Shown here piece by piece: positions 17,623-20,000 of a stretch of 20,000 bases of DNA (within the stretch, counting starts at the first letter, position 1; each line of letters starts with the position of its first letter). The notes under the pieces are model-generated. The model saw only the letters and a list, made by a program, of their open reading frames with translations. It was not told the DNA's origin and did no database searches. A program made the translations under genes and the position numbers. The stretch is from an uncultured virus (IMG/VR IMGVR_UViG_3300027708_000052) (lineage: Duplodnaviria > Heunggongvirae > Uroviricota > Caudoviricetes): IMG/VR virus record IMGVR_UViG_3300027708_000052. One strand, 5' to 3'.

Positions 17623-18648
17623 TTAAACTGTAGTTTTTTTAGTTGTTTCAGCTTTTGCATATGTATTGGTGCCATTTTTACTATTAGTAGTAGTAGGATT
17701 ACTATTGCTATTAGATGCTGTTCTTACAGTTACTTGTTGAGTGGCTTTATCGATGTGCTGAAATAAATTTCTACTTGGCATTACCATATCTTTTAACGTT
17801 ATATTTACTTCATAAGCGTCAGGTACTACAACGTTGTTTCCTTTATCATCTTGTAAAAGGTGCATATTACCTCTATTGTTAATAGTTATGTTATTAGCAT
17901 AAGCTGCATAACTATAATGCTGACCTGGTATTACGGCTTCATAATAAACAGGAGGTACACCTGTCATAATACTTTGTTTAATAAACAAGTTTTGATTAAT
18001 TAAAACCCAACATAGAGCTCTATTCTTTTTCCAATCATCAGGGTCTTTAGTATTAAAAAGCGGAAATTTAACATTTAATGTTCTAAACTCATGCTGACTA
18101 AATAACTTTGGTCTATCCATTACACCGACTTTACTATTAGTAGCAGCCACAGCAAATGCACCCACCTTAGCTATTTTTTTTACTGTATCTCCTATAGCGT
18201 TGGCTTTTTTATCTCCGATAAGTGCACCGGCAAAACTTTGAACTCCGTTTGCTCCTTCTTCAGCTGAATCTAACGATTCCCATGTTGTATCAATCTGAAA
18301 ATTAACATCAGAAAAATAAGGAAACCTGTATGTATTTCCTGTTGGATTACGAGGGAATAAGAAATCGTATGGTCTTAAAGTTGGATCGGTATTATCCTGT
18401 CCTATACCTAAAGTACCTGAACCGTAATAAGCAATTTGATTTGTTATAGTAGATTCATTAACGGCATGTTCAGTAAGAAATATATACGGTACTTCATTTA
18501 AAGCGCCAGATGTATTTTTATTAAGCCTATTGCTTAATGTCCATGTATAATCTGAAACAACATTGTAGTTATTGCTGGTGCTATAATCATTTTTATTACC
18601 TCCTAAGCCACCACCAACACTAATTAATTGATCTATTATATCAGCCAT
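17623..18648 (-). CDS. Putative tail tube cap/initiator (gp48/gp54-like tube fold)
   Basis: RTLNVKFPLFNT...PPVYYEAVIPG...AYANNITINNRG...VPDAYEVNITLKDM pattern. Lies between the tape measure and gp53. Confidence 0.6.
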   Translation of the reverse strand: MADIIDQLISVGGGLGGNKNDYSTSNNYNVVSDYTWTLSNRLNKNTSGALNEVPYIFLTEHAVNESTITNQIAYYGSGTLGIGQDNTDPTLRPYDFLFPRNPTGNTYRFPYFSDVNFQIDTTWESLDSAEEGANGVQSFAGALIGDKKANAIGDTVKKIAKVGAFAVAATNSKVGVMDRPKLFSQHEFRTLNVKFPLFNTKDPDDWKKNRALCWVLINQNLFIKQSIMTGVPPVYYEAVIPGQHYSYAAYANNITINNRGNMHLLQDDKGNNVVVPDAYEVNITLKDMVMPSRNLFQHIDKATQQVTVRTASNSNSNPTTTNSKNGTNTYAKAETTKKTTV

Positions 18649-18655
18649 ATATATT

Positions 18656-18663
18656 AATACTTA
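18656..18663 (-). promoter_or_regulatory. Putative late promoter variant TAAGTATT
   Basis: CTTAAGTATTAATATATATG: same spacing to the ATG as the TAAATAAT sites. Confidence 0.4.
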
Positions 18664-18665
18664 AG

Positions 18666-20000
18666 TTAGAAAGGTAAACTGTTTCTAACATCGCTTATTC
18701 TACTGTTATTATTACGAGCAACTTCAGCGGCAGATGGTCGTGGCTCAGATTGTTGTCCTCCGTTAATAAATATAGGTGAAGAAGGAGAACTGTTATCAGT
18801 TTTATTATTCATTATTTGTGCTAATTTCATTATTGCTTGTCCTACAAATTGCAATCCATCTGTAGTTTTATCTGTATTATCAGCAATTTGCTTGAGTATG
18901 TCTCCATGATTATCTTTTACGTTGCTCGGTGAAGAGGGTGTAGATGTTGCTGGTTGAACGCTTGGTGTCGCGGCTTGTATAGCAGGTGCTACTGATTGCA
19001 TTGCAGGTGATGAAGCTGTAGTTACATTAGATGTATTATCTGCTGTATTATTACTAGTTGTTACGTTAGATGTATTATCTGCTGTATTATTACTAGTTGT
19101 TACGTTAGATGTATTATCTGCTGTATTATTACTAGTTGTTACGTTAGATGTATTACCTGCTGCTGTTGTAGTGTTATTAGTTACATTAGATGTATTATCT
19201 GCTGTATTATTACTAGTTGTTACGTTAGATGTATTATCTGCTGCTGCTGTTGTAGTGTTATTAGTTACGTTGGATGTGTTGCTATTTGCTGTAGTATTAT
19301 CACTATTATTGTTTGCTACTGTAGAAGTTGTACTTTCATTAGGTTCGTCTTTAGGTTTATTTTTTTCACCTATACCTTTAACGAAGTCTGTAGCTGCTTT
19401 TGTTGTTTCGTCTTTTACTTCTTTGAATCTGTCTTTAACTTGTGGATCTGATTCTGGTTTAACACCGTAAACATCTGTATATACATCTTTTGCTACTAAG
19501 AGAGCTGTAGCAGGTATAGCGGTAGCAGCTGATCCTAATCCGGAAACAGCTTCAAGTGCTGCTCCAGCTAAATCTCCTTTTATTAAACGACTAACAGCAA
19601 AACCTCCTCCTATTAAAGCTCCTAAAAACGGTACCGATTTACCTAAAGCACCAGCCATTGCTCTTGGTATTCTTTTTGCTATTGAAGATATTATTTTACC
19701 TTTTACTGCACCTAGTGTACTCTTACCTGCTGCTTTAGTAACCGTGCTTTTTGCTGCACCGACCGCTGCACCTTCAGCAGTCTTAAGAGCTGCACCTTCA
19801 GCAACTTTAACTCCTGCACCTTCAGCAGTCTTAAGAGCTGCACCTTCAGCAACTTTAACTCCTGCACCTTCAGCAACTTTAACTCCTGCACCTTCAGCAA
19901 CTTTAACTCCTGCACCTTCAGCAGTCTTAAGAGCTGCACCTTCAGCAACTTTAACTCCTGCACCTTCAGCAGTCTTAAGAGCTGCACCTTCAGCAACTTT
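18666..20000 (-). CDS. Putative tape-measure protein (gp29-like), C-terminal part; 5' end outside the window
   Basis: The frame stays open upstream of the ATG at 19658 to the window edge (KVAEGAALKTAEGAGV...GKSTLGAVKGKIISSIAKRIPRAMAGALGKSVPFLGALIGGG). Ala/Gly-rich amphipathic helices. Position upstream of the tube-cap, gp53 and hub genes. Confidence 0.7.
   Translation of the reverse strand, partial: KVAEGAALKTAEGAGVKVAEGAALKTAEGAGVKVAEGAGVKVAEGAGVKVAEGAALKTAEGAGVKVAEGAALKTAEGAAVGAAKSTVTKAAGKSTLGAVKGKIISSIAKRIPRAMAGALGKSVPFLGALIGGGFAVSRLIKGDLAGAALEAVSGLGSAATAIPATALLVAKDVYTDVYGVKPESDPQVKDRFKEVKDETTKAATDFVKGIGEKNKPKDEPNESTTSTVANNNSDNTTANSNTSNVTNNTTTAAADNTSNVTTSNNTADNTSNVTNNTTTAAGNTSNVTTSNNTADNTSNVTTSNNTADNTSNVTTSNNTADNTSNVTTASSPAMQSVAPAIQAATPSVQPATSTPSSPSNVKDNHGDILKQIADNTDKTTDGLQFVGQAIMKLAQIMNNKTDNSSPSSPIFINGGQQSEPRPSAAEVARNNNSRISDVRNSLPF
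19021..19301. repeat. In-frame 39-nt tandem repeat (TSNNTADNTSNVT) with 42- and 45-nt variants, about 7 units
   Basis: Unit gttacRttagatgtattatctgctgtattattactagtt at 19021, 19060, 19099 and 19180. Longer variants at 19138 (42 nt) and 19219 (45 nt). Degenerate unit from 19264. Confidence 0.95.
19766..20000. repeat. In-frame 24-nt two-variant minisatellite (ALKTAEGA / GVKVAEGA), nine full units plus a tenth cut by the window edge
   Basis: Invariant ctgcaccttcagca plus either gtcttaagag (A) or actttaactc (B). Order on the + strand is A B A B B B A B A B(partial). Confidence 0.97.

Noticed and set aside
19171..19470. 99-aa hydrophobic plus-strand ORF
   Set aside because: Antisense shadow of the Asn/Thr repeat.
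19656..19658. ATG 19658 as the gene start (330-aa ORF)
   Set aside because: The frame is open upstream to the window edge, so this is an internal Met.
19712..19996. 94-aa ORF (MLKVQLLRLL...)
   Set aside because: Alternative-frame reading of the repeat. The frame continuous with the tape-measure gene explains the region.
19766..20000. CRISPR-like array (constant 14 nt plus variable 10 nt)
   Set aside because: The 'spacers' are only 10 nt and of two recurring types, the period is a multiple of 3, and the array lies in an open reading frame. No cas genes in the window.

Overview
AT-rich fragment of a large T4-like (contractile-tail) bacteriophage genome using the standard genetic code. The minus strand carries tail and baseplate genes: tape-measure-like (truncated), tube-cap gp48/54-like, LysM gp53-like, hub gp27-like, gp25, gp6, a 1352-aa PKD/beta-propeller/gp7-like protein, and a >856-aa virion protein missed by the ORF track. 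It also carries a gp16-like terminase small subunit and a miniature tail fibre with its chaperone. Interleaved plus-strand blocks encode a ribonucleotide reductase with class Id (Mn/superoxide-activated) signature residues, a trimeric dUTPase and a gp44 clamp loader. Two promoter classes are visible: TAAATA late-type motifs before structural genes and sigma70-like motifs before replication genes, with very short leaders and no Shine-Dalgarno sites. I found no unequivocally new multi-gene system. The best leads are the class Id RNR, the chimeric mini-fibre, the modular baseplate proteins and two in-frame minisatellites in the tape-measure gene. All family assignments come from motif recognition by eye, not database searches.
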